From Octopus vulgaris (lineage: Eukaryota), in the NCBI GenBank assembly GCA_951406725.2, contig OX597822.1:90458001-90522000 (forward strand): a stretch of 64,000 nucleotides of DNA. The letters run 5' to 3'. The notes beneath the pieces are model-generated. The model saw only the letters and a program-made list of their open reading frames with translations, searched no databases and had not been told where the DNA came from. A program made the translations under genes and the position numbers. Positions 51,698 through 64,000 of this stretch are shown one piece after another; positions within the stretch are counted from its first letter, which is position 1, and every line of letters starts with the position of its first letter.

Positions 51698-52129
51698 CTG
51701 AGGGAGTAAAGAAAAAAAATTGCTGGTTAACAGTATATTGAAATTAAATTTTTTGTAATGTAATTTAATGTTAGCACTGATTAATTGGTAATCCACTGGG
51801 CTTTAGTTAGTAAGATAATTTAATTTAAAGCAGAGATATTTTACAAACCAAAGATCAAAAAGTGAGGTAAGCTGCAAATGAATTTTAAACAACAGATACA
51901 AATACAATGTTATACAGAACATTGACAGTGTTAAATATGATATTAAACAAGTGTAGTGATTTTTCAGTACTCAAAATTTGTATACATGGCAACCTCAGTA
52001 GTACTGTTGCCACATAAAAAGCACCCAGCCATAGTAACCATGTCAAAGCAGATGTAACATAGTACAGCACTCTGACCATCAGATTCTATCAAACCACCCA
52101 ACCCATGCCAGCATGGAAGACAAGCATTA

Positions 52130-52442
52130 AAAGATTAGGATGTGTAACCTCTCGAAAGAGCTGTTCTTCACTCCTACTCCAGAGCATCAGCTGCGGGGTC
52201 ACTCCGAAAATCTCTATTTGCGACGATTTCATCTCAATCGAAGGAGAGGGGCTTTCTCCATCTGGGTTGCAGATCCGTGGAATAAGCTGCCAGACGAGAT
52301 AGTGAAGATGCCGACAACCGCTTGGTTCAAAGTCTCTCTTGACCAGAAATGGCCTCAACTCTTTGCATGAACATCCTCCCTGTACATAACTCCATGTCCA
52401 CCTACATGACCTTGCTTTTTGAGCCAAAAAATTAACTTAACT
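52130..52442 (+). mobile_element. Short 3' fragment of a third CR1 family
   Basis: LRGHSENL...RRRGAFS.WVADPWNKLPDEIV...FKVSLD is the canonical CR1 ORF2 C-terminus, followed by a short tail. Confidence 0.8.
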
Positions 52443-52758
52443 CATATGAAAACACACACACACACACACAAAAAATAAATCAGTGTTGTTTTAAGTTTTC
52501 AGATAATTGTACATCCTAGTGAAAAATATTAGCTTGCCCAGGAACAGGTACAAGTTGGCAACAAGAAGAGTATCCTTCCATAGAAAATTTGCCTCAAGTC
52601 ATTTCATCAATGGGAACATGAAAAAAACTAAGCATTAAAACAATGATAATAGCAATATACACAGTACGTTAAAAGTAGAGAAATTAATAATGCAATAACA
52701 ATACTATTAAAACTAACAGTGGAACATATTTATTGATAGTATATTTTTATAATCTTAC

Positions 52759-52900
52759 CTTGTTTAATGCAATAACAAAAGGAGTTTTTCTGGCTTTAAG
52801 CAGGTTTATAGATTCAATTGTTTGTGGTTCAAGACCATGCATAATATCTACTACAAGAATTGCTATATCACACAATGAAGAGCCTCGAGACCGAAGATTG
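52759..52900 (-). CDS. EIF5B: eIF5B exon (switch II to G4)
   Basis: (S)[47 protein letters not shown]; 142 nt. Confidence 0.96.
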
Positions 52901-53019
52901 CTGAAGAATAAAATAAAAGAAATTTTTCATCTGATGTGAAAAACAAATTTAATTGCTTGAACTAATCTAAGACACATATATCTGAACTTTATCATTTTAT
53001 ACAGCTATACTTTATTTTA

Positions 53020-53548
53020 AGTAAGATATGCTAATAGCATTTGATTTATAGTCAATTGCCTGTCATCCATCACCATGTCATGAACACAATCAATGTTTTC
53101 CTCAATGGTGGCAGTTGCAGGACACCAAAACCTTGGGTTTTCTTCAAGACTCTCCCTTCCTCTCCTAAATTCAGCTGTCCATTTCTGCATTGTTGATAAA
53201 GCTGGAGTGTCATACCTTAATGTAGCAACCATGTCAACATGAATGTCCTTGGGGGCTAAACTCTTTTTCTGCAGGTATTTGGTAACGCCAAGATGTCAAA
53301 TTTTGTTTATTTCCAATACAAGGGTTGGCTGAAAAGTTCATAGGCTGACCAAGATACTGTCATGGAACGTGACCGAATGAGGTTTCTTTTACAACATGGT
53401 CCCCCATGCAGTCCACATACTTACATCTGTGCTGCAGTGCTTGGATCCCATTGGTAAAAAAGCTTTTATCCTGTTGGCCAAAAGAAATCATCAACAGCAA
53501 ATATGATGTCATCATCTCTGCAATACTAATTTTCAGCCAAGTGTTTTA
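53020..53548 (-). mobile_element. Rearranged mariner fragments
   Basis: A transposase N-terminal piece (53020-53316) is joined to a TA+TIR end (53317-53548). Both are homologous to 54389-55672. Confidence 0.8.
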
Positions 53549-54388
53549 ACTGTCAAGCATTTTCATTGTTAGTAAGTAAATTGAAATTAAAACTTCAGAT
53601 ATATTACTAAGTTATAAGATAGTAAAATTTTATTTCAAGTAAACTAAATGAAAAAATTTGTTAGTTTATTTAAGATTTATATGAAGGGTTTGCATGAATG
53701 AAATCTTACATTTTACAAAATAGTAAAAGATAGATCAAAATAATAGAATTGCTCTCTTTAACTTAAAAAGTACTTCATTTGATTGTTCTTTACTTTGACT
53801 ATTATCTAAAATTAATGTCCTCTTTTAAATACATTTCTCTTTGTTCATTCCTCTTGTATGCTCATTCAAACTAAATCTAGCAAGGGCATACTTTTCATTT
53901 CCTCTTAATTCACATTACACATTAGACAGAATATTCCAACTTAATCTTTAACTATTGCAATATTTTACTTCCATTATTGATTGATATGAGAATAGAATAG
54001 GAAAGAATATCTTCCTCACTCATTATTAACAATATTAAAAACACTCTTATATCTTTTCAGCTTCTATAAATTTTCAGTAGATGTGTTTACACATTCCACT
54101 TAAGAAATCATACACTGATTTAGAGTATACTATGTAGACATTTTATTATCAATTAGCTTACCAAAATGAAACATCCAAAATTACAGCAGACTGCATGCTG
54201 CCAAGGTACCCAAAACAGTCCACTATAATTCATGTTACTATGTTAATGATAATGTGATTTCATTTGTACACTTCTCTAGACATCAAAAACTATCATTAAA
54301 CTCAGTGGACAAAGTGTAAAGCCTTTGCAATGAAATTTAACATACGCGCAATATATTTCAGATTCATGTACATAAATATTGTACAATA

Positions 54389-55672
54389 CAAAGGTTGGCT
54401 GAAAAGTCCATAGGCTGATCGAGAGACTCCCATGGAACATGACCAAATGAGGTTTGATTTTACAGCATAGTCCCCCATGCAGTCCACATACTTACATCAG
54501 TGTTGCAGTGCTTGGATCCCATGGGTGAAAAAGCTTTTATCCTATTGGCCCAAAAAAATCATCACCAGCAGATATGATGTCATCATCACTGCAATACTAA
54601 TTTTCAGCCAACTGTTTTTTTTCATGTTGAGGAACAGATGAGCCACATGGGGCCCTTATCAGGAAATTAGGGAGGTGATCAACCAGCTTGAAGCCAGTCA
54701 TGCACAGCAGCCATTGAAACCAAGGACTTGAGTGCTGCAGTATTGTCCTGTAAAAACAAAAACCCTTTCATCAGTTTCCTTGGGCATTTGGTCTTGATAG
54801 CATTTTGTAACTGCCTCAGCAAATTAGCTTGATGGTGTAGCCCTTTTGAAGACATTCAATAAACACTATGCCTTTTGCATTTCCAAAAAACTGAGGCCAT
54901 CACCTTCCCTGTAGATGAAACAATCTTGGCCTTCTTTGGAGCAGGCGAGGAGAGGCATTTCCACTGCATGGACTGTCTCTTTTGTCTATGGCTCAAAATG
55001 ATGAACCCAACATTCACTCTGAGTTAGGAAATGTTCAAAGAAACCAGCTGGATCTCCTTCAAACAATGTCAAATTTTCCCACAGTGTAATCAGCCTGTTG
55101 CCCTTTTGATCAGGTGTCAGAAGATGTGACACTCACCAAGCAGAAACCTTCATCATGCCAAGTTCATTGTGCAGAATATTCTCCGCTTGCTCACAGGATA
55201 TGCTAATAACATTGGCTATTTGATTTATAGTCAATTGCCTGTCATCCATCACCATGTCGTGAACACAATCAATGTCTTCCTCAATGGTGACAGTTGCAGA
55301 ACACCAAAACCTTGGGTCATCTTCAAGACTCTCCCTTCTTCTCCTAAATTTAGCTATCCACTTCAGCACTGTTGATAAAGCTGGAGTGTCATACCCTAAA
55401 GCAACAACCATGCCAACATGAATGTCCCTGAGGAAATAAACCCTTTGTTATGAGGATACTCGACAACACCAAGATGTCAAATTTTGTTTATTTCCAAGAG
55501 AAGTCACTACTAGTTTACTTGTGAAGTCTTCTTTGAACAGTCAGATGTCAGTTTACCTGGAACGAAACAATGTAGTTATTAATAAGGTGAGCTGAAATTA
55601 ACACATGCAAAATTTCTCAGTTCTTGCATCACTCCTCCGTAGTCAACCTATGAATTTTCCAGCCCACCCTTG
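54389..55672 (-). mobile_element. Full-length decayed mariner element (1284 bp)
   Basis: TA|CAAAGGTTGGCTGAAAAGTCCATAGGCTGA ... TCAACCTATGAATTTTCCAGCCCACCCTTG|TA. Transposase HTH region (SLEDDPR...ILHNELGMMKVSAW). Confidence 0.9.
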
Positions 55673-56699
55673 TAAATGTAAATTAAATTTCATTGATAAT
55701 GTTGCAGGAACTATTAACAAATGTCATATTGAATGTGTTGTTATTACAAAACCAGAAGTGTCTTGTAAACCAATTAACATAAATTTTGTCTTTTTTCCAA
55801 GTTAGCCAACTTGATATTATTATTATATGTAGCTATAATCCAGTTGGTTTGACTAGCAAATAGTTATTTCATAATTTGGGTGTCTAATGATAGGAACTGC
55901 TATAAAAGTATTTACTCTGACTGAAGATCCTAGTATGGAAATATGGATGAAAAGTGCCTTCATAAAAAAAAATTATCTCCGTCTCATTAATACGTATAAA
56001 CTGATATGTATGCATAAAATCTTAGATTGCTTCCAACTTTTACAACATTGAGCCTAATTCTTTAGCATTCCCAGTTCTTTTATTATTTTTTTGAATCTCT
56101 AAACCAAAAAATACTGATCTATGTTTTCCTCCATTACTAGAGATTTTGGCATATTACCACCTAGTGCCAAAAGGAACTGTTGTTTCACTCTTATATGCAA
56201 CTATCACAAGACCATTAGAATTTTAGCAGACACCATTCAAGATAAAGGTTTAGTTGTCAACTGAATATTAACATTATAGTTCAGAGGGCTGTAATATGAG
56301 ATCTAATTGCAAGAAATTGATATCAAATGAGTTAAATACAGATTTAATGAAAATGAAAGTGATATACAGGGTGTTTAGGAATTTGCTGACTATGTCTCCA
56401 TTTTTTTAGGAAAGTTTGATACATTGGTGAACAGTCTCTCAGCAATAATTTAGTTGATAATTTTTGATTTTTTAAATAATACTTTTATTTTTGGATGAAA
56501 TATTGTTTTCTTTTCCTTTTATGCATGCTGTCAAATTAAGCCCAAACAACATATAGTCTACTTTTAGTCAAAATAGTAAAATTGCTTAGGATTTTCTCAA
56601 ATCAAATTTGATAAATTTAGTTTTATTCTTTGTTTTAAACTTAAATGTAATATCATTGGCATTATGGCAGTTAAATGTAAATCTATATTTTCAACTTAC

Positions 56700-56761
56700 C
56701 TAAATGATTCGTGACCAGGTGTATCTATAATCAACAAACCTGGTAACTTTAAAGGAGGTTT
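56700..56761 (-). CDS. EIF5B: eIF5B exon (G3 DTPGH); the most 5' exon found in the window
   Basis: KPPLKLPGLLIIDTPGHESF(S); 62 nt; AG/GT boundaries; phase matches the next exon. Confidence 0.93.
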
Positions 56762-59064
56762 CTGAAATTCAGTAATAAAAGAGAAATTCATAGAGTAATA
56801 AAATAAATTTCAACTGAGCAGTGATTATCATAAAAAATATTTAAACCAATACCTAAGGAAACAGAATTTTGGAATTTTCAGAAATACTTCTGAAAAGTAA
56901 GTAATGAATGCCATAATGATATAATTTTTTAAACACAAATATTTTGAAGTTACCAGTTAATGTATTACCATAGCTCACTAATTCCAAATGCTACATTTTC
57001 TAGATTCACGCAACATTAAAACAGATGGGTACAAGGCAATATGTTGCAACTCAGAAGATGGCAGGCATTAATGCAACAAAGCATTTTCACACATTGCTGA
57101 TATTCACTGATCAGTTTCTGCCAAAGATTAACTTAGTGAATACAGCTCAACATATCAGTAGGTCAACAAGCTCAGACTTCTTAAAGAATTTACTTGCTCT
57201 CAACGAAAAGTAGACAGTGGCAGTTAAATACAGATGGTCTTTTCAGGTTCAGAGCTTACAGTCTGGTCATATTGCAGCATAGTTCAATCTTTCTTTTAAT
57301 TCAAGTTGGCAAAAGTAGTACTTGTATCATAATTGCTTTATGTAACAAACTTAGTCAGAAAATTTTGTCTTCATGCTTTAGGAATTTGACTTGAGTCTAT
57401 TTGGATCACTTGTGTATTGGATGTTAGCCAGTTTCTCTCAAAACATTGTTGGCTTTGACAAGGGAGCTCGCCACAATAATGAAGAAGAAAGAAATCAAAC
57501 TTTTATTATAACCACCAAACATTTTACAAAACTCGGAACTGATATGCTTAAAACCAGGTTAGTTCATACTGAGTAAACCTATAATCAAATATATTCTAGC
57601 AATGATCATCCAATCTCTCTTTTTTCTTATTAGGCTTAACATATCAAGAACTAGATTATCCAACATGTTTGTCTAAACCAGGAAAACCCCTGCCCACAGA
57701 TGCAATTGTGCCCACAACTCCATTTTATTGCACCTGCAGGCTGGTATACTTCTATGTACAAAATATACTAAATTTTTCAATTATAAAATTTATACAATAT
57801 ACACATACCTATTTGCGATATAGGTCGTGTTTCCACTATGACTTAAAATGGTTTAGACTTGAACAGAAAATCGTCTGGTAATTGCAATTGGAATGGAAAT
57901 ATTGTTTTCACTATAAAACACATATTGCTAGGTTTGTACCACCCCCTTCAGACCCAACTACACTCTAGCTGAAAAATATAAAATGCCTCATAAGTAATAT
58001 AAGCGTCTTAAATTCAGTGGCATTAATGAAGACGTTACATGTTCATTCGATGTATATACTTGTGATCTGCTTGCAGACCTTTTTCTTTGGAAATTTTTGC
58101 CTGCCACACTAAAATGTTTCCCCACCTCTGGTCTAAACCATTTAGCATTCAGATTACTTTGTAAAATGTAATACTTATTCACATTGACTTCAACTAACCC
58201 TTTCGATACCAACCCAGCTGAAAAATGTTTTGGCTCTGACCAATCCAGCTGAGTGAACCCATTGATATTTAAATGTGAATTTCAGCACAAATCTCAGTAC
58301 ATTTGTGAAAAAACATGATTTCACTTTGTAAATAGGTGACAGTATCCAACATTGTTTGACAGGATATCTTAGCTCTGCGAATTTTGGGAGATTTTTTCTA
58401 CATTTTTTTCCTGTGGCAATTTTTTTCAACTTTTAAAATGGATAACAGTTTCATGCTATCAAGCAGTGATTCTGAATTTGAGGGCCTTTCAACAAAATAT
58501 GGAGAAATTGAGCAAATGTATGAGTGAACTACAAAAGCATGTGTATGAAAATGAATCTCATATTTCTGTATTTGAAAGTGAAAGCAGCAATTCTGAAGAG
58601 AATTCTGATAGCAGCAGCGAGAATGAATCAATACCTGAATGGAGTAAGAAATTTAAAAATATTTTTGTCAACGATTTTTCAAAAGAGACTGGACCTACTC
58701 ATAGCCTTTCTCAGGAATGAAAACCATTATACTTCCTCACACCCCAGTAAGCTTATTTGAAGCAATAACTGTGGAAACAAGCTGTTATGCAGAAAGTAAA
58801 CAAACTGACAAAAAAAAAAAAAAAAAGAGATAGCTTGTGGTTTCCCACAAGTGTGGAAGAAATACAAGCATTTTTTGCCATAAATATTACCATGAGTCTA
58901 GGAAAATTACCCAGAATTACAAATTACCGGAGTAATCATGAACCTTTCGGAGACCAGTACGTTTCCAATATTATGACAAGGACAATTTATAAAACTGAAA
59001 GAATATTTTCATGAGAGACATTAGCAGTACCCCAGTAAATGGAGAGCCAAACTTTGATCCCTTC

Positions 59065-61430
59065 AATCTGATCTGTCAGTGTTTCTACAGCTGGATGCCC
59101 TTCCTAATGCCAACCACTCAGAGTGTAGTGGGTGCTTTTTACATGCCACCAGCATGGGGGCCAGTCACGGGGCACTGGCATCGATGATGTTCAGATGGTG
59201 CATTGTAAGTGCCACCAGCACAGGAGCCAGTCAGGGAGCACTGGCATCGACCACATTCAGATGATTCTTTCTAAGTGCCATTGGCCACAGTTACAATTTC
59301 GATTTCACTTGACTCAACAGGTCTTCTCAAGCATATATCATCCAACGCTTCAAGAGTACTTTTAAATGGGCCAATCGTGCAACACTGGCATCGGCCATGG
59401 CTGCAATCTCACTTTAGTTGCCGGGTCTTCTCAATCACAGTATATCTCCAAAGGTCTTGGTCTCTTGTCATTGCCTCTGTGCGGCCCAACATTCAAAACT
59501 CATGCTTTGTCACCTCTTCCAGAGGTTCCTTCCACAGTTAAGGAGTGGCACTTCCTCATCCATACGTAACACATGATCATACCGGTGCAGCTGTCTCTCT
59601 TGCCCACATTTGATGCTTCTTATGTCCAACTTGTCTCTCAGGGTGCTTACACACTGTCGTGTATGTACAGACATTATACATCCAGTAGATCATACAAGCT
59701 CCATTTCTTTTTAAGCCTATGCATGTTCTCAACAGTCATGGTCCATGTTTCACTGCCAAGTACCATGGCAGTTCACACAAGCATCATACAATCTACCTTT
59801 CACCCTGAACAAGAGGCTTGTAGTTGCCAGCAGAGATAGGAGCCTCTGGACTTTGCCCAGGCTATTCTTATTCTAGCTGCTATGCTCTCAGAAAAACCAC
59901 CCGCACTACAGACTTGGTTGCCTAGGTGGCGGAAGCTATCAACTACTTCTAGTTTTCCCCTCTGGCATGTGATGGAATCTGTTTTCTGTACATCTTCGGT
60001 GTTTATTGTCCCTGTGCATCTGCTACACACAACAACTATCTTCCTGGTTAACCTTCTTTTGATATAGCTGCACCTCTTATGTGTCCATAGCCTATGCCAG
60101 ATACATATCGGAGTTTCTACCCACGTCTTTTCTGCAGATCAAGCAGGGCCATCTACCAGAAGGGGTTTGTGATTTGTCTGCCTTCCTATATACCAGGACT
60201 TTGGTTTTTGCAAGGTTGACTCTAAGGCCCTTTGATTCTAATCCTTGCTCCCACACCCTAAACTTCATCTTTAGTTCAGGTAGTGACTCAGCTATTAGAG
60301 CAAAGTCATCAGCATGAGAGAAACTCCCAGGGGCAGCCTGTCGTGAATTCCTCTGTTGCTGCCTGGAGGATTATGATAAATAAGAGGGGGCTGATGACTG
60401 ATCCTTGGTGAACCCCTACTTCTACAGGGAATTCTTCACTATACTCGTTGCCAACCCTAACCTTACTGACAGCATCCCTGTATGGTTCTTACCAACCACT
60501 TGTCTATCCCTAGTTTCCACATTGACCATCAGCTAAGGGACTGGAGGACCCTGTCAAAAGCTTTCTCCAAGTTAACAAAAGTACAGAGGTTTATCTTTGG
60601 CTAGGTATTTCTCCTGAAGTTGCCTTACCGGAAATATAGCATCAGTGGTGATTCTATCTGGCACTAAACTAAACTGCATCTCATCTAGGCTAACTCTCCC
60701 CCTACTTAGTTGAGTTAACTTTCATCATCTAATCCAATAATTAGGTACCTTGTAGTTATTTCTATCTAAGGCATCACCTTTACCTTTGTAGCAGTTGACT
60801 ATGGTGCTGCCACATCAGTCAATGGGTATGATTCCATGAACTACCTCATTTATGATGTGGGTAACTAGACCATGACCTACACTACCCAATATTTTAAGCA
60901 TCTCAGCGGTGATTCCTGTCAAGCCAGGTGTTATCCATGTCTTCATATCCTTAATTGCTTTATCTATCAGGGTACTGTCAATTTGTGTAGCTGGTCCCTC
61001 AATTGGGTCAACCTTTGGCAGATTCTCCTCCTCCCATTCATTCTCCACATTCAACAGTCTTTCACAATGACATCCTCAAACCACTTTCATTGAAGAATCA
61101 TTAAATGTAAGTGCATCATCATCCATGTGGACACATTTCTCTCCTATGACATCATAGTTTTCTCTCACATACTGTCTTGCAATCCAAAATATGTCAGTTC
61201 TTTGGTCCTCACGACGCTGAACACTGGCTATATATACCTGTCTCTTAGCTTCCCTTCTGGCTATCTGATACAGTTCCCTGCTACCTCCACACTTCTAGGC
61301 CTGTTTCTTTGCTCTAATAGCCCTGTCTACAGTATTGTTCCACCACCATGTTACCCTAGGTCTGGAAGGGACTTTGCACCAGCCACAGATTTAGTCTGTT
61401 GGTGCTCAGAAGATGTCTCTCAGGAATTCC
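59065..61430 (-). mobile_element. RTE-clade LINE nested in the piggyBac
   Basis: Colinear with 27900-29810 and extends further 5' (MNVENEWEEENLPKVDPIEGP...ITAEMLK). Confidence 0.88.
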
Positions 61431-61614
61431 CAGTTGCCTTCTATGAAAACAACACCCCATTAGTGAACCTCGATTATCACAGGTACATGGGCAGTATAGA
61501 TTGGCAGAATCAAATGATAAGTAATTATCTGTTTGGTAGACCAGGTAATAAATGGTGGTGATATCTGGTTTGGTATATAGTAAATATGAGTACTGTAAAT
61601 GCATTTATATTATG

Positions 61615-62140
61615 CTATGCTACATGGCAGTGAAACAGGCTATAACAGCCAAGGACATGTATAGGCTTGAAAGAAATGAAGCCAGTATGTTTTGCTGGAT
61701 GCGCAATGTCAGTGTGCATGTGCAACAGGGTGTAAGCATCTTGAGAGAGAAGTTGGGCATAACAAAGCACCTGTGCTGGTGGCATGTAAAAAACACCTTT
61801 TGAGAGGTGGGCCTCACAGAGGCAAGATGGCATGTGAAAAGCACCTTTCGATTGTTGGGCCACAGGGAGGCAATGATGAACGACCAAAACCTTTGGCATT
61901 ATGCCATGCTTGAGAAGATCCATCAAGCCAAGAAAAAATCAAAGTTGTAGCAGATACTGGTGTCATGCTGGTGGCACATAAAATCACCCATTACACTCTT
62001 GGAGTGGTTGGCACCAGGAAGAACATCCAGCTGTAGAAACCATGCCAAATCAGACTGGAGTCTGGTGCAGCCTTCCAGCTTGCCAACCATGGCCAAACTG
62101 CCCAACCCATGCCAACATGGACATTCAATGATGAGAATGA
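61615..62140 (+). mobile_element. Internally deleted RTE 3' fragment nested in the piggyBac
   Basis: LHGSET..TAKDMYRLERNEASM plus 3'-UTR units and tail. Confidence 0.8.
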
Positions 62141-63569
62141 ATATATACCAAATCAGAAGTGGTCGACCATCTGCAGTTCTGAGCAGAAGTAACAACACAG
62201 TTGAGGGCAGGTTATTGCTCTAAAAATAACTGTAGGAAGGAAAATCAAAGCCTGCCAGAGAAATATCCCTCAAATTGCAACAAAAAAAAAAAAACAACAA
62301 CCAAAAGGTAGTGCTGTGAATGTCTACATCAACAAAAGGAGAACTCCCAGTAGATGAACAGTTGAAACTTCTTTCCGATGTGCATTCTGCAAGGTTGCAT
62401 AATGTAGAATGGGATGTTTTACAAGTTTCCATGACAGAAATATTGTGTGAATATGGTATATATGTATAATTAGATTGTATAAATATTTTTCAAATTTACT
62501 TCGTTTTTACTTTTTAGTTAGCTGTACTTTTTACTTGTAATTTTAATTTGCCTGTAAGGTGAGTAACAAGTTTTGATTTAATTTCTATTGTAAATCTTTA
62601 TTACATATGTTTCTGTGCATTCATGTAAGTGTGTGAGTTTATTTCATTTTCTAGTTTTCAAAAGCAAATTCCAGAATTTCGTTTTATTTTACCTTTATGG
62701 TATACCTGTTCTTATGTGCATTAAATTCAACTGATAATATAGTGATGTGCACAATTCTTCTATATTAAAAGTTTGTTGCATACCCACTTGATTAGCTGAG
62801 GACTCATTTTCTATGGTGATGTTTAAACTATATTTTTATATTTTGCTGAACTTACCTGTATGTACCTGCAATTTGAGCCACTTTGAGACAAAAGTTATGC
62901 AAAGGAATTAAGAACCTTTTCTTCAACCGTGTTCCAAAACTCACATTAATATGTCAAGTTACAGTTGTTTAATGAAACCAGTATAAATTCATGATTATTT
63001 TAGAATTTAATTGAAACTCATCAGGGGTGTTTTTTTAGTTAGAAATATAGTAACGAAAGGGTTAATCATGCATTATCTTGTAGCTGTGAGATTTCAATGA
63101 TATGAAAAATTATATTTAGAAGAAAGGATGAAGAAAGTTACAAAGATGATAAAGTGGGAAAAGTTTGACAGGTACAGATTGGGTGCAAGGCCAAAGATAT
63201 AAATGATATGCTTTTTGGGACTGATTTTTCACTGAGATGGACAGGTCTCTTTCAAGCACTACAAATCACCAATCATCTTTGTCCTCTCCTCTCTGAGGCT
63301 CAGAAACCTGAGTTTGGTCTTCCCTACTTCATCCCTGTCTGCCTAGGCCTCCTTCCACAGATTCTATTCACATTTAATGATTGATACTTCTGCAGCTGTC
63401 CTTTAATTATATCACACGACCATACTAGCATAGTCTTCTTTTGCACACTACATCTCATGTCACTTATGCCTAATTTTTCTCCCAATACATTTACACTTTG
63501 TCATACTGACATTGCAAATCCAGCAAAGCTAGCTAGCTTCATTTCTTTCTAGTCTATCAAAAGCACCGT

Positions 63570-63943
63570 CCAAACGCGGCAGATACCAGATAAAAGTCAA
63601 ATGGAAATTGTAGTTAAGACACCCATGCCGGTGACACGTAAAAAGCACCATCCGAACGTGGCAGATGCCAGCACCACCTGACTGGCTTCCGTGTCGGTGA
63701 CACGTAAAAGCACCAACCGATCATGGCTGTTTGCCAGCCTGCTCTGGCCCCTGTGCCGGTGGCATGTAAAAAATACCCACTACACTCACTGAGTGGCTGG
63801 CGTTAGGAAGGGTGTCAAGCTGTAGAAACACTATCAAATCAGACAAGAGCCTGGTACAGCCTCCATGGCTTACCAGACCCCAGTCAAACTGTCCAACCCA
63901 TGATAGCATGGAAAACAAACGTTAAACGATGATGATGATGATG
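63570..63943 (+). mobile_element. RTE 3'-UTR insertion with three ~63-bp units
   Basis: Same units and tail as 41685-41958; ends in (GAT)n. Confidence 0.85.
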
Positions 63944-64000
63944 AAGTACTATGACGATGATTTTACTGTTAGTTAACAGAATGCAAATGAGATATGGGTT

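Larger units (their letters stand above)
58198..63061 (+). mobile_element. Decayed piggyBac transposon with both ends, containing nested RTE insertions
   Basis: Left end CTAA|CCCTTTCGATAC, right end GTAACGAAAGGG|TTAA. N-terminus at 58438-59062. PLVNLDYHRYMGSID..Q..NKWW..NAFIL at 61455-61615. Cys-rich tail ETSFRCAFCKVA*CRMGCF at ~62365-62430. Confidence 0.85.

Noticed and set aside
56762-64000. Further eIF5B exons (G1 GHVDTGKT, GGITQQIGA)
   Set aside because: Not found by eye; the region is almost fully accounted for by TEs, so these exons presumably lie beyond the window.

Overview
AT-rich, repeat-dense animal genomic DNA. The SINE/RTE families and the microsatellite load point to a coleoid cephalopod, most likely Octopus (inference). 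There are two convergent host genes. On +, the 4.6-kb last coding exon of Mediator subunit MED1 (3995-8594) is followed by a long, TE-poor putative 3' UTR. On -, 11 coding exons of translation initiation factor eIF5B (56761 down to 36573) splice in frame with GT-AG boundaries; the 5' exons lie beyond the window. The rest is a layered transposon landscape: two near-full-length decayed CR1-group LINEs, one young stop-free CR1-group copy, several RTE LINEs carrying a PHD finger, an RT-less RNase H (I-group) element, tRNA-derived SINEs, piggyBac elements and MITEs, mariner/Tc1 remnants and a 1-kb microsatellite. The best second-look items are: a LINE ORF1 with a Myb/SANT-like domain plus a CCCH finger; a SINE-LINE pair sharing a covarying 3' stem-loop; a ~143-nt G.U-biased hairpin in the MED1 3' UTR; a pseudoknot-like repeat unit in RTE 3' UTRs; and multi-level nested insertions. 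All of this was read by eye; no searches or folding programs were run.
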